From: Synechococcus sp. A15-24
GTDB lineage: Bacteria > Cyanobacteriota > Cyanobacteriia > PCC-6307 > Cyanobiaceae
Assembly (NCBI RefSeq): GCF_014280195.1
Contig: NZ_CP047960.1
Span: forward strand, 30,001-62,000
Direction of reading: 5' to 3'
DNA length: 32,000 nucleotides
Shown here: positions 22,261 to 32,000 of the stretch, one piece after another
Position numbering within the stretch: the stretch's first letter is position 1
Layout of the letters: each line of letters begins with the position of its first letter
Made by a program: the position numbers and the translations under genes
The notes under the pieces: model-generated
The model's input: the letters and a program-made list of their open reading frames with translations, nothing else
Database searches by the model: none
What the model was told of the DNA's origin: nothing

Positions 22261-24027
22261 TTAGAACTCTGTATTGTCCACATCCAGCACCTGACCGTTG
22301 AAGAAATCGGCCAGATTCTTCGCTTGGCGGTCGAGCCCTGATGGTTCGCTCGTGTTGGCAGGCGGCCTCTTGGGTTCTGGAGGCCTGGGGGCTTGGGAGA
22401 CAGCCTCGGGCAGTTGCGGAGTCGCAGCTGGAGCTGGTTTGGTCTGGGCTGGTGGCGTTGGCTCAGGAGTTGGACTTGGCGTGTTGATCACCGGAGGGGT
22501 GACCACCGGCGCTTGTGGTGGGGTGACCACCGGAGGTGCACCGCCGCTGCTGGCCTCGAGCACCAGCTGGCGGGATCCCCCCAGGGCTTTGGCCATGGCC
22601 TGTTCCAGCAAGGCAGCCCGGCTCTGCACCATGCCCATCCAGTTGCTGGCCACCTGCACCACAGCCCGGTTGGCATCGAGCCGCACCAACTGCCCCTGCT
22701 GCGACAGCAGCATCCGGGTGGAGGGCAACTCCAGGCTGCCGAGGATCTGCTGCCACAGCTCCGCCAGGTTGGGCGTTGCGTTCTCTGCAGCAGCTGGCAC
22801 CACCTTGGGCAGCTCCGGAGCCGCTGCTGGCGCCGCAGATGGTGTTGGCGTTGGTGCAACCGCTGGAGCTGTTTGAGCTGGCACGGCCGCGGCGACGGGT
22901 GTTGATGTTGTTGTTGCTTGAACTGTGGTTGCAGCCTCCGCCAGCAAGCCCAGCAACAGCACCTCCAGCCACAGCCGCGGCTGAACGCTCTGGCGTAATT
23001 GCTGTTCGCTGCCCCGCAGCTGCGCCTGCCACTGCAACAAGCGGACGCGGCCCAGGGCTTTGGCGAGGGGCGGCAGCTGGTCGCGGAATTGGGGCGACAC
23101 CCCGGTCAGTTCCGGCCGGTCTGGAGCCGCAGCCATCAGCACCAGATCCCGCAGGATCCCTGCCAGGCCCTGCAGCACGGCGCCTGGATCGCGCCCGCGA
23201 TCCAGCAGGTTGCGGGTGGCTTCCAGCAGGGCCACCGGTTCTGCGCTGCTCATGGCCTGCACCAGTTGCAGCAGTTCCTGCTCCGGCACTGCTCCCAGCA
23301 GATCCCATACCGCGGTGGCTTCGATCGGAGGCGGCAGCAGGCTCAGCTGGTCCAGCAGGCTCTCGGCATCCCGCAATCCCCCCTGGGAGCGCTGGGCCAC
23401 CACATGAATCGCCTCCGGTTGGATCTCGATGGCTTCCTGCTCAGCAATCCAGCTGAGATGCGCCTCGAGGGCATCGAGGGGAATGCGGCGAAAATCAAAG
23501 CGCTGGCAGCGGCTGAGAATCGTGGGCAGCACCCGCTGCGGGTCCGTGGTGGCCAGCACGAACACCACCTGTGGCGGTGGTTCCTCCAGGGTTTTCAGCA
23601 GTGCATTGAAGGCTGCGGTGGACAGCATGTGGCATTCGTCCACCACGTACACCTTCCAGCGCGCTTGCACCGGTGCGAAGCGCGACCGTTCGATCAATTC
23701 GCGGATGTTGTCGACGCCGGTGTTGGAGGCGGCATCGATCTCGATCACATCCAGGGCCGTACCCGTCGCAATCGTGGTGCACAGCTCACAGGTGCCGCAG
23801 GGTTCCGGCGTGGGCCCGTCGCTGTTCAGGCAGTTGAGCGATCGCGCCAGGATGCGGGCACTTGAGGTTTTACCGGTGCCGCGGGGCCCGCTGAACAGGT
23901 AAGCCGGCGCAATCCGATTGCTGGTGAGCGCATGGCCGAGGGTGGCGGCAATCGCCTCCTGGCCCACCAGCTGATCGAAGCGTTGGGGCCGGTATTTGTG
24001 ATGCAGCGGCTGGTAGGCCGTACTCAT
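22261..24027 (-). CDS. dnaX: DNA polymerase III subunit gamma/tau
   Basis: 'YRPQRFDQLVGQ', Walker A 'GPRGTGKTSSARILA', zinc module 'CGTCELC', Walker B 'KVYVVDECHML' and sensor 'RCQRFDF'. The C-terminus is long and Pro/Ala/Thr-rich. Confidence 0.95.
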   Translation of the reverse strand: MSTAYQPLHHKYRPQRFDQLVGQEAIAATLGHALTSNRIAPAYLFSGPRGTGKTSSARILARSLNCLNSDGPTPEPCGTCELCTTIATGTALDVIEIDAASNTGVDNIRELIERSRFAPVQARWKVYVVDECHMLSTAAFNALLKTLEEPPPQVVFVLATTDPQRVLPTILSRCQRFDFRRIPLDALEAHLSWIAEQEAIEIQPEAIHVVAQRSQGGLRDAESLLDQLSLLPPPIEATAVWDLLGAVPEQELLQLVQAMSSAEPVALLEATRNLLDRGRDPGAVLQGLAGILRDLVLMAAAPDRPELTGVSPQFRDQLPPLAKALGRVRLLQWQAQLRGSEQQLRQSVQPRLWLEVLLLGLLAEAATTVQATTTSTPVAAAVPAQTAPAVAPTPTPSAAPAAAPELPKVVPAAAENATPNLAELWQQILGSLELPSTRMLLSQQGQLVRLDANRAVVQVASNWMGMVQSRAALLEQAMAKALGGSRQLVLEASSGGAPPVVTPPQAPVVTPPVINTPSPTPEPTPPAQTKPAPAATPQLPEAVSQAPRPPEPKRPPANTSEPSGLDRQAKNLADFFNGQVLDVDNTEF

Positions 24028-24050
24028 GCGCTGCAGTCGTTACGGGGAGA

Positions 24051-24689
24051 TTACTCAGCTTTGTCAGCCTGCGGCAGGGCAGCTGGCTGTTCCAGCAGGG
24101 CATCGATCCGCCGCTTCAACTCCTCCACCGCCGCCAGTTCATCGGCCAGGCTCTGGCCGCTGAGCAGCAGCGTTCGGTTGCCGCCATCGCCCGCCTGTTG
24201 CAGCAGGGTTTCCAGCTTGCCGAGCAGTTTCTGTCGCAGTCGCTCCAGCTTGGCTACACCCTGACGGGCCAGCTGGCGGGCGTTGTCATCCAACAACCCG
24301 CGCTGTACCAGCACCTCCAAACCGCGCATCAGGGCGGCCGGCATCAGACCGCTCCAGTGGCGAGCCCGCTCCAGGGCTGAGTCGATCTGGCCGCTGCGGT
24401 GGCGGCCGGTCTTGCACCAGGTGGCGAAGTGCTCGCAGTTGTTGAACAGCAGGTTGTAGTTCTGCTCACCTATACGGCTCATGGCCCGCTGCAGGGTCAC
24501 CCGTGTCGGTGAGGCATCGGCATGGGCGATCACGGTCAGGGGTTGTCCCTGGCTGAAGTCGTCCGAGGAACTGCGCAGGATTTCGCGGCCCTCCAGGTAG
24601 TGCGCCACGGTGCCATCGCCCAGATCGATGCCGTGGTGGTGGAACAGGCCGTGCTGACGCGGCACCTGCAGGTGGTCAGCGGCGGCCAT
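24051..24689 (-). CDS. LRAT / NC-domain (NlpC/P60-superfamily thiol enzyme) protein with a helical C-terminal half
   Basis: His box 'LFHHHGIDLGDGTVAHY' and catalytic-Cys box 'NLLFNNCEHFATWCKTG' are the LRAT/H-rev107 'NC domain' signatures. Residues from about 110 to 212 are Leu/Gln/Arg-rich and helical. Confidence 0.75.
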   Translation of the reverse strand: MAAADHLQVPRQHGLFHHHGIDLGDGTVAHYLEGREILRSSSDDFSQGQPLTVIAHADASPTRVTLQRAMSRIGEQNYNLLFNNCEHFATWCKTGRHRSGQIDSALERARHWSGLMPAALMRGLEVLVQRGLLDDNARQLARQGVAKLERLRQKLLGKLETLLQQAGDGGNRTLLLSGQSLADELAAVEELKRRIDALLEQPAALPQADKAE

Positions 24690-24707
24690 GGTGAAGCGTG
24701 AGGAACG

Positions 24708-26057
<1,350 letters not shown>

Positions 26058-26138
26058 CGAACGCCGGGCACATCAGGAGAACAGGAAGCGACCGGGCGGT
26101 CTCCCTGAAACTCAGGATCGGGACAGGAGAGCGGCTTG

Positions 26139-26762
26139 TCAGCCCTCCGTAACGATTCCTTCGCCCCCGGAGCTGTCCACCACCCGATCGATCAGGCCGT
26201 ATTGAACCGCTTCTGCTGGGGAAAGGAAGTAGTCGCGATCGGTGTCTTCAGCGATCTTGTCCAGCGGCTGACCGGTGTGGTCGGCCATCAGAGCGTTGAG
26301 CGTTTCCTTGAGGAAAAGGATCTCTTTGGCTTGGATCTCGATATCAACGGCTTGCCCCTGGGCGCCGCCAAGCGGTTGGTGGATCATGATCCGGGCGTTG
26401 GGCAGGGCAAGACGCTTTCCTTTGCAGCCGCCAGACAGCAGGAAGGCACCCATGCTCGCCGCGAGGCCGTAGCAGATGGTCACCACATCAGGGGCCACCT
26501 GCTGCATCGTGTCATAGATGGCCAGGCCAGCCGTCACCGAACCCCCCGGTGAGTTGATGTAGATCTGAATGTCCTTCTCAGGGTCCTCGGCTTCAAGAAA
26601 CAGCATCTGGGCCACGAGAGCATCGGCAACTGCGTCATCCACGCCGGTGCCTAGAAAAATGATCCGTTCCCTGAGCAGCCTTGAATAGATGTCGAAGGCG
26701 CGGTCTCCACGTCCGGACTGTTCCACCACGGTCGGCAACGGGCCGGGGGCAGAGATGGGCAT
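26139..26762 (-). CDS. clpP: ATP-dependent Clp protease proteolytic subunit
   Basis: '[18 protein letters not shown]', catalytic Ser '[12 protein letters not shown]', His '[10 protein letters not shown]' and Asp 'DTDRDYFLS'. ATG at 26762 ('MPISAPGP..') gives a normal 207-aa ClpP. The tracked GTG at 26813 is the alternative. Confidence 0.95.
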   Translation of the reverse strand: MPISAPGPLPTVVEQSGRGDRAFDIYSRLLRERIIFLGTGVDDAVADALVAQMLFLEAEDPEKDIQIYINSPGGSVTAGLAIYDTMQQVAPDVVTICYGLAASMGAFLLSGGCKGKRLALPNARIMIHQPLGGAQGQAVDIEIQAKEILFLKETLNALMADHTGQPLDKIAEDTDRDYFLSPAEAVQYGLIDRVVDSSGGEGIVTEG

Positions 26763-26856
26763 CTCAGCCCGCCAGCGGTTCTGGATCGGGTGATGGCTAT
26801 GGGCGTCGATCACGCGCTTGTTGTCCTTTTGCGTGGAGTCAATCTATGGGCCCTGT

Positions 26857-28275
26857 TCAATCCTCGGCGTCCGTTTTGGACTTGGCGGGCGTTTTCTTCT
26901 TCGCGGCGGGCTTTTTCTTGGCAGCTGGCTTCTCGGCGTCGTCGGCATCATCCGCCGCCGGTGCTTGTTCGGTGAGCGTGCTGTTCTCCTCCAGCCAGCT
27001 CATCAGCTGCACCTGAATCAAGTCATCCATCACCGCCTGGCGCAGGCGCTGGGGGTCGATCTTGGCGTCTGCAGCTAGCTCTTTCTTCACCTCTTTGATC
27101 TTGGCGTCCACCGCGTCGTCCTCCACCAAGATCCCTTCGGTCTCAGCCAGAGCGGCGAGGGCAAAGCTGCGGCGCAGACGCTCTTCAGCTTCGGGCCGTG
27201 AGTTCTGCATCAGGTTGCGCACCAGGTCTGGTGTGAACAGCGATTTCACATCCATGCCCTGCTGGGCGAACTGTGCAGCGGTCTGCTCCAGCAGATTGCG
27301 GCTCTCCTGTTGGATCAGGGCCTCTGGCAGTTCCACTTCCAACTGCTCCACCAAGGCGCCAATCAGGGCATCGCGGCGGTTGCTGGTCTGGCGACGTTCG
27401 GCGTCGTCCTTGAGCCGTTGTTCCAGCTCCTGGCGCAGCTCCGCCAGGGTCTCCTGTTCGCTGGCCTGCTTGGCAAAGGCGTCATCCAGCTCCGGCAGCT
27501 CGCGGGTTTTGAGGTCCTTCAGCTCGATTTCGAAGGCCGCCTTGCGACCGCGTGCAGCTTCCTTGGGATAGTCGTCCGGGAACTGGCAGTCGACGGTTTT
27601 GCTGGCGCCCACTGCCATGCCGATCACCCCTTCGATGAAGCCGGGGATCATCCGGCCATGCTCGAGGTCCACATCCATGGAGTCGGCGCTGCCACCTTCG
27701 ATTTCCGAGCCGTCATCGCTGTAGGTGCCCTTGAACCCGAGCACAGCAATGTCGCCCTGTTCCGCCGCGCGGCCCTCGACCGGCACCACCGTGGCCAATT
27801 GCTTGCGGGAGTCCTCCAGCATTTCGTCGACCTTGGCGGCGTCGTAAGCCACCGGTTCAAAGCTGGCTTTAAGCCCTTTCGTGCTTTTGAGCTTGGGCGT
27901 TGGGGCAACATCAGCCTCGAGGGTGATCGTGACGGCTTCGCCGGGTGTGAAGGCATCCAGCAGTCCTTCGAAGCCACCGCTGAGTTCCGGCTGGCTGATC
28001 GGTTCTAGGGATTCCTGCTGGATGGCATCGCGCCAGGCACCATCCACCATGGTTTCCAGGGCAGAGGCCTTGATCCGCACGGCACCAAGCTGCTGAATCA
28101 CCACCGTCCGCGGCACCTTGCCCTTGCGGAACCCCGGCAGGTTGATGCTGCGGCTGAGGCTGGTGATCGCGTCCTCGTAGCTGGTCTTGGTGCGCTCAGC
28201 CGGGACCGTGACGGTCACCGCCAGACGGCTGCCGGGGCGGCTTTCGGTGGTCACCTTCAAAGCGGCAGCGCTCAT
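26857..28275 (-). CDS. tig: Trigger factor (ribosome-associated PPIase chaperone)
   Basis: Ribosome-binding signature '[14 protein letters not shown]' and a central FKBP-like region '[15 protein letters not shown]'. ATG at 28275 ('[11 protein letters not shown]..') is preferred over the TTG at 28305. There is a C-terminal Lys/Ala-rich extension. Confidence 0.95.
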   Translation of the reverse strand: MSAAALKVTTESRPGSRLAVTVTVPAERTKTSYEDAITSLSRSINLPGFRKGKVPRTVVIQQLGAVRIKASALETMVDGAWRDAIQQESLEPISQPELSGGFEGLLDAFTPGEAVTITLEADVAPTPKLKSTKGLKASFEPVAYDAAKVDEMLEDSRKQLATVVPVEGRAAEQGDIAVLGFKGTYSDDGSEIEGGSADSMDVDLEHGRMIPGFIEGVIGMAVGASKTVDCQFPDDYPKEAARGRKAAFEIELKDLKTRELPELDDAFAKQASEQETLAELRQELEQRLKDDAERRQTSNRRDALIGALVEQLEVELPEALIQQESRNLLEQTAAQFAQQGMDVKSLFTPDLVRNLMQNSRPEAEERLRRSFALAALAETEGILVEDDAVDAKIKEVKKELAADAKIDPQRLRQAVMDDLIQVQLMSWLEENSTLTEQAPAADDADDAEKPAAKKKPAAKKKTPAKSKTDAED

Positions 28276-28403
28276 GGCGGAATTCAGAAACAAGAGGCCA
28301 GCCAAACAGTTTAAGAAACGGTTGGCGAATCACCCTTCCCGGTAAAGTGTGGACTCGGTTCCGATGTGACCGTCACGATCTCTACGGGTGACGCACATTC
28401 GAT

Positions 28404-29462
28404 TTGAGCCGCCAGTCTGCTGTCCCGTTCACCCCCCGCTTGTCCTCGTCTTTTCCAGCCCGTCCCCTCAACGTTGCTGTTCTCGGCGCCAGTGGTGCGG
28501 TCGGTCAGGAGTTGCTTCTTCTCCTCAAGGAACGCAATTTTCCGGTTGCTGAACTGAAGCTGCTGGCTTCGGCACGCTCCGCCGGCAGCACCCAGCAGTG
28601 GAACGGCCGCGCGATCACCCTCGAGGAGGTGAATGCTGCGGCGTTTGAGGGTGTGGATCTGGTGCTGGCCTCCGCTGGCGGGTCGGTGTCGCGGCAGTGG
28701 CGCGACGCGATCACTGCCGCTGGTGCAGTGATGGTGGACAACTCCAGTGCTTTCCGGATGGAGGAGGGTGTTCCTCTGGTGGTGCCGGAGGTCAATCCCG
28801 ACGCAGCGTTGGTCCACAACGGGGTGATCGCCAATCCCAACTGCACCACGATCCTGCTCACCTTGGCCCTGGCGCCCCTGGCCGCCAAACGCCCGATGCG
28901 ACGGGTTGTGGTGAGCACCTATCAGTCCGCCAGCGGTGCTGGCGCCCGGGCGATGGAGGAGCTCAAAACCCTGTCGCAGACCGTGCTCGATGGGGGCACC
29001 CCCCAAGGAGAGGTGCTGCCCTACTCACTGGCCTTCAATCTGTTCCTGCATAACTCTCCGCTGCAGGCCAACAGCTATTGCGAGGAGGAGATGAAGATGG
29101 TGAACGAGACCCGCAAGATCATGGATCTGCCGGATCTCCGCTTCACGGCCACCTGCGTGCGTGTGCCAGTGCTGCGGGCCCATTCCGAGGCCGTCAACAT
29201 TGAATTTGAGCAGCCGTTCCCGGTGGAGGAGGCGCGTGCTCTGTTGAGCACGGCCCCTGGCGTTGAGTTGATCGAGGATCCGGACACCAACCGCTTCCCC
29301 ATGCCCACCGATGTCACGGGCCATGATCCGGTTGCTGTGGGTCGCATCCGTCAGGACATCAGCGATCCGAACGCCCTGGAGCTGTGGCTCTGCGGTGATC
29401 AGATCCGCAAGGGAGCGGCCCTGAATGCCGTTCAGATCGCCGAACTGCTGCTCCCGTCATGA
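28404..29462 (+). CDS. asd: Aspartate-semialdehyde dehydrogenase
   Basis: '[15 protein letters not shown]', catalytic Cys '[10 protein letters not shown]', and '[14 protein letters not shown]'. The only in-frame start-like codon upstream of the Rossmann loop is TTG at 28404. Confidence 0.92.
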   Translation: MSRQSAVPFTPRLSSSFPARPLNVAVLGASGAVGQELLLLLKERNFPVAELKLLASARSAGSTQQWNGRAITLEEVNAAAFEGVDLVLASAGGSVSRQWRDAITAAGAVMVDNSSAFRMEEGVPLVVPEVNPDAALVHNGVIANPNCTTILLTLALAPLAAKRPMRRVVVSTYQSASGAGARAMEELKTLSQTVLDGGTPQGEVLPYSLAFNLFLHNSPLQANSYCEEEMKMVNETRKIMDLPDLRFTATCVRVPVLRAHSEAVNIEFEQPFPVEEARALLSTAPGVELIEDPDTNRFPMPTDVTGHDPVAVGRIRQDISDPNALELWLCGDQIRKGAALNAVQIAELLLPS

Positions 29463-30367
29463 CCTCCCCCGCTGCCCTGTCTCCCACACCCTTCGGCCGC
29501 GTGGTCACGGCGATGGTCACCCCGTTTGATGCTTCGGGTGCGGTGGATCTTCCCCTGGCGGGACGGCTGGCTCGTCATCTTGTGGAGCAGGGTTCCGATG
29601 GCCTTGTGGTAAGCGGTACCACCGGTGAATCCCCCACCCTGAGCTGGCAGGAGCAGCTGCAGTTGCTGCAGGCCGTGCGTGAGGCGGTGGGTTCGGATGC
29701 TCAGGTGCTGGCTGGCACCGGCAGCAACTGCACCGCTGAGGCGGTCGAGGCCACCCTGGAAGCTGCCGCCGCCGGTGCCGATGGCGCGCTGGTGGTGGTG
29801 CCGTACTACAACAAACCCCCTCAGGACGGCCTGGCTGTTCATTTCCGTGCCATCGCCGAGGCAGCACCAGAACTGCCATTGATGCTTTACAACATCCCGG
29901 GCCGGACCGGCTGCAGCATGGCGCCGGAGACGTTGGCGCAGCTGATGGATTGCCCCAATATCGTCAGTTTCAAGGCTGCCAGCGGCACCACCGAGGAGGT
30001 CACGGCCCTGCGAGTGGCCTGCGGTTCGAAGCTGGCGATTTATAGCGGTGATGACGGCCTCACCCTGCCGATGATGTCCGTTGGAGCCGTGGGTGTGGTG
30101 AGTGTGGCCAGTCATGTGGTCGGCCCCCAGATCCGCGCCATGATTGATGCCTATCTGCAGGGCGACACAGCCGTTGCCCTTGCCCTCCACGAACAGCTGC
30201 AGCCCTTGTTAAGGGCTCTGTTCGCCACCACCAATCCGATTCCGGTCAAAGCCGCGCTTCAACTCAACGGCTGGTCCGTCGGCGATCCACGACCACCCCT
30301 ATCCCCCTTATCTGACGACATGAGATCAACCCTTGCCCAAACCATGGCTGCCCTTCGTCAGACCTGA
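29459..30367 (+). CDS. dapA: 4-hydroxy-tetrahydrodipicolinate synthase
   Basis: '[12 protein letters not shown]', '[11 protein letters not shown]', '[11 protein letters not shown]' and the Schiff-base lysine context 'IVSFKAASG'. Its ATG overlaps the asd stop (ATGA). Confidence 0.95.
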   Translation: MTSPAALSPTPFGRVVTAMVTPFDASGAVDLPLAGRLARHLVEQGSDGLVVSGTTGESPTLSWQEQLQLLQAVREAVGSDAQVLAGTGSNCTAEAVEATLEAAAAGADGALVVVPYYNKPPQDGLAVHFRAIAEAAPELPLMLYNIPGRTGCSMAPETLAQLMDCPNIVSFKAASGTTEEVTALRVACGSKLAIYSGDDGLTLPMMSVGAVGVVSVASHVVGPQIRAMIDAYLQGDTAVALALHEQLQPLLRALFATTNPIPVKAALQLNGWSVGDPRPPLSPLSDDMRSTLAQTMAALRQT

Positions 30368-30417
30368 CGGTCCGGCTTAACGGCTCACGCAAACAGTTTT
30401 TTCAACGGTTTTCTTTC

Positions 30418-32000
30418 ATGGCTAACAACGCACGATCCGGGAAGGGGCAGGAGCCCTGCTTACGGGTGATTCCCCTGGGGGGACTGCATGAAATCGGCAA
30501 GAACACCTGCGTGTTCGAGTACGGCGATGATCTGATGCTGGTGGATGCCGGCCTGGCCTTCCCCAGCGATGGGATGCACGGCGTGAACGTGGTGCTGCCG
30601 GACACCAGCTTTCTGCGGGAGAACCAGAAGCGCATCCGCGGCATGATCGTCACCCATGGTCATGAAGACCACATCGGTGGCATCTCACACCACCTCAAGC
30701 ACTTCAACATCCCGGTGATCTATGGGCCCCGTCTGGCCCTGTCGATGCTCACCGGAAAGATGGAGGAGGCCGGCGTCTCCGACCGCACCACGCTGCAGAC
30801 CGTCAGTCCCCGCGACGTGGTGAAGGTGGGCCAGCACTTCACGGTGGAATTCATCCGCAACACCCACTCGATGGCGGACAGCTACTCGCTGGCCATCAAG
30901 ACCCCGGTGGGAACCATCATCTTCACGGGCGATTTCAAGTTCGATCACACCCCGGTCGATGGCGAGCATTTCGACATGGCCCGCCTCGCCCATCACGGGG
31001 AAGAGGGCGTGTTGTGCCTGTTCAGCGATTCCACCAACGCGGAAGTGCCGGGCTTCTGTCCCCCTGAGCGGTCGGTGTTCCCCAATCTCGATCGCCACAT
31101 GGCCGCTGCCGAAGGCCGGGTGATCATCACCACCTTCGCCAGCTCGATCCACCGGGTGTCGATGATCCTGGAGTTGGCCCTGAAGAACGGCCGCAAGGTG
31201 GGTCTGCTGGGTCGCTCGATGCTCAACGTGATCGCCAAGGCCCGCGAGCTGGGCTACATGCGCGCGCCGGATGAACTGTTCGTGCCGATCAAGCAGATCA
31301 ACGATGTTCCCGATCGCGAAACGCTGCTGCTGATGACCGGTAGCCAGGGTGAGCCCTTGGCAGCTCTCAGCCGGATCTCCCGCGGGGAGCATCCTCAGGT
31401 TCGGGTGAAGACCACGGACACGATCATCTTTTCGGCCAGCCCGATCCCTGGTAACACCATCTCGGTGGTGAACACGATCGACAAGCTGATGATGCTTGGT
31501 GCCAAGGTCGTCTACGGCAAGGGCGAGGGCATTCACGTGTCCGGCCATGGCTTCCAGGAAGACCAGAAGCTGATGCTCGCCCTCACCAAGCCCAAGTTCT
31601 TCGTGCCCGTGCACGGTGAGCACCGGATGCTGGTGCAACACTCCAAGACCGGTCACGCCATGGGGGTGCCGGAGAACAACACCCTGATCATTGATAACGG
31701 TGATGTGGTGGAGCTGACCGCGGATTCGATCCGCAAGGGTGATCCGGTGAAGGCTGGTATTGAGCTGCTGGATCAATCCCGTAACGGCATCGTGGACGCC
31801 CGTGTGCTCAAGGAGCGTCAGCAACTGGCCGAAGACGGCGTGGTGACGATCCTGGCGGCCATCAGCACCGATGGCGCGATGGCGGCGCCGCCGCGGGTGA
31901 ACCTGCGGGGGGTGGTGACCACCGCCGATGCCCGCAAGATGTCTCTCTGGACTGAGCGAGAGATCACCTGGGTGTTGGAGAACAAGTGGAAGCAGCTTTG
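30418..32000 (+). CDS. rnj: Ribonuclease J (metallo-beta-lactamase / beta-CASP), 3' end lies outside the window
   Basis: Not in the track because it runs off the window. Hand translation from the ATG at 30418 gives 'MANNARSGKGQEPCLRVIPLGGLHEIGKNTCVFEYGDDLMLVDAGLAFP...IRGMIVTHGHEDHIGG', which is the RNase J N-terminus with the HxHxDH motif. The tracked 379-aa minus ORF 30685..31824 is antisense to it. Confidence 0.9.
   Translation, partial: MANNARSGKGQEPCLRVIPLGGLHEIGKNTCVFEYGDDLMLVDAGLAFPSDGMHGVNVVLPDTSFLRENQKRIRGMIVTHGHEDHIGGISHHLKHFNIPVIYGPRLALSMLTGKMEEAGVSDRTTLQTVSPRDVVKVGQHFTVEFIRNTHSMADSYSLAIKTPVGTIIFTGDFKFDHTPVDGEHFDMARLAHHGEEGVLCLFSDSTNAEVPGFCPPERSVFPNLDRHMAAAEGRVIITTFASSIHRVSMILELALKNGRKVGLLGRSMLNVIAKARELGYMRAPDELFVPIKQINDVPDRETLLLMTGSQGEPLAALSRISRGEHPQVRVKTTDTIIFSASPIPGNTISVVNTIDKLMMLGAKVVYGKGEGIHVSGHGFQEDQKLMLALTKPKFFVPVHGEHRMLVQHSKTGHAMGVPENNTLIIDNGDVVELTADSIRKGDPVKAGIELLDQSRNGIVDARVLKERQQLAEDGVVTILAAISTDGAMAAPPRVNLRGVVTTADARKMSLWTEREITWVLENKWKQL

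Noticed and set aside
26755-26825. Apparent 1-nt frameshift in clpP near 26760. As I read the printed line 26761-26820, there seems to be an extra C at its start and a missing G at its end.
   Set aside because: The supplied ORF-track translations on both strands (26139..26813 minus and 26681..27016 plus) read straight through this point, and the coordinates agree again at the tig stop (26857). I attribute this to my reading of that line, not to a real frameshift or pseudogene.
28276-28403. Looked for NtcA (GTA-N8-TAC) sites, Pho boxes and strong sigma-70 promoters in the tig/asd spacer and the other divergent spacers (8374-8465, 17510-17560, 19246-19303).
   Set aside because: I found only weak hexamer matches (for example TTGGCG-N15-TAAAGT before asd, and a 5-1-5 palindrome GTGAC-C-GTCAC). 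Nothing exceeds what chance would give.
30368-30417. T-rich spacer (CAGTTTTTTCAACGGTTTTCTTTC) upstream of rnj, considered as a possible dapA terminator or an RNase J autoregulatory leader.
   Set aside because: I could not find a stable stem preceding the T-runs (at most 3-4 bp). Without a fold calculation or transcript ends it is just a T-rich 5' region.

Overview
The window reads as a GC-rich core-chromosome segment of a picocyanobacterium, most like marine Synechococcus. That assignment is my inference from gene content and order (sqdB/sqdX, a ycf37-like gene, tig-clpP-clpX, asd-dapA-rnj). Spot hand counts give about 63% G+C in housekeeping lines. I support about 36 protein genes and one tRNA.

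Gene order:
- accB (5' partial) converging on pdxA
- a Rossmann/SDR gene
- an HNH nuclease diverging from a SNF2 helicase
- three envelope or secreted proteins
- three small ORFs in an AT-richer patch
- tRNA-Trp
- a class-V aminotransferase diverging from cbiD-guaA, two unknowns and PBP2
- sqdX-sqdB, an untracked 57-aa ORF and thiG (all minus strand)
- an unknown protein
- ycf37-like TPR gene, rplT and rpmI, diverging from a SpoIID-like lipoprotein and a GT2 gene
- dnaX, an LRAT/NC-domain gene, clpX, clpP and tig, diverging from asd-dapA-rnj (3' partial)

I found no rRNA, CRISPR array, transposase, integrase, prophage or canonical defence island. This looks like ordinary syntenic core genome, not an accessory island.

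The observations most worth a second look:
1. The divergent HNH / HARP-like SNF2 pair, which resembles a split ZRANB3-type nuclease and annealing-helicase module.
2. An ORF of 57 aa, below the track threshold, between thiG and sqdB. It has an HLIP-like N-terminus but a non-canonical transmembrane helix.
3. Three helically phased 10-nt direct repeats just upstream of that ORF and of the sulfolipid genes.
4. A 44% G+C patch on the 3' side of tRNA-Trp carrying two small ORFs that look paralogous.

The many long ORFs antisense to clear genes are GC-composition artefacts.

Coordinates I derived by hand (tRNA, small ORF, hairpins, repeats, alternative starts) may be off by 1 nt.
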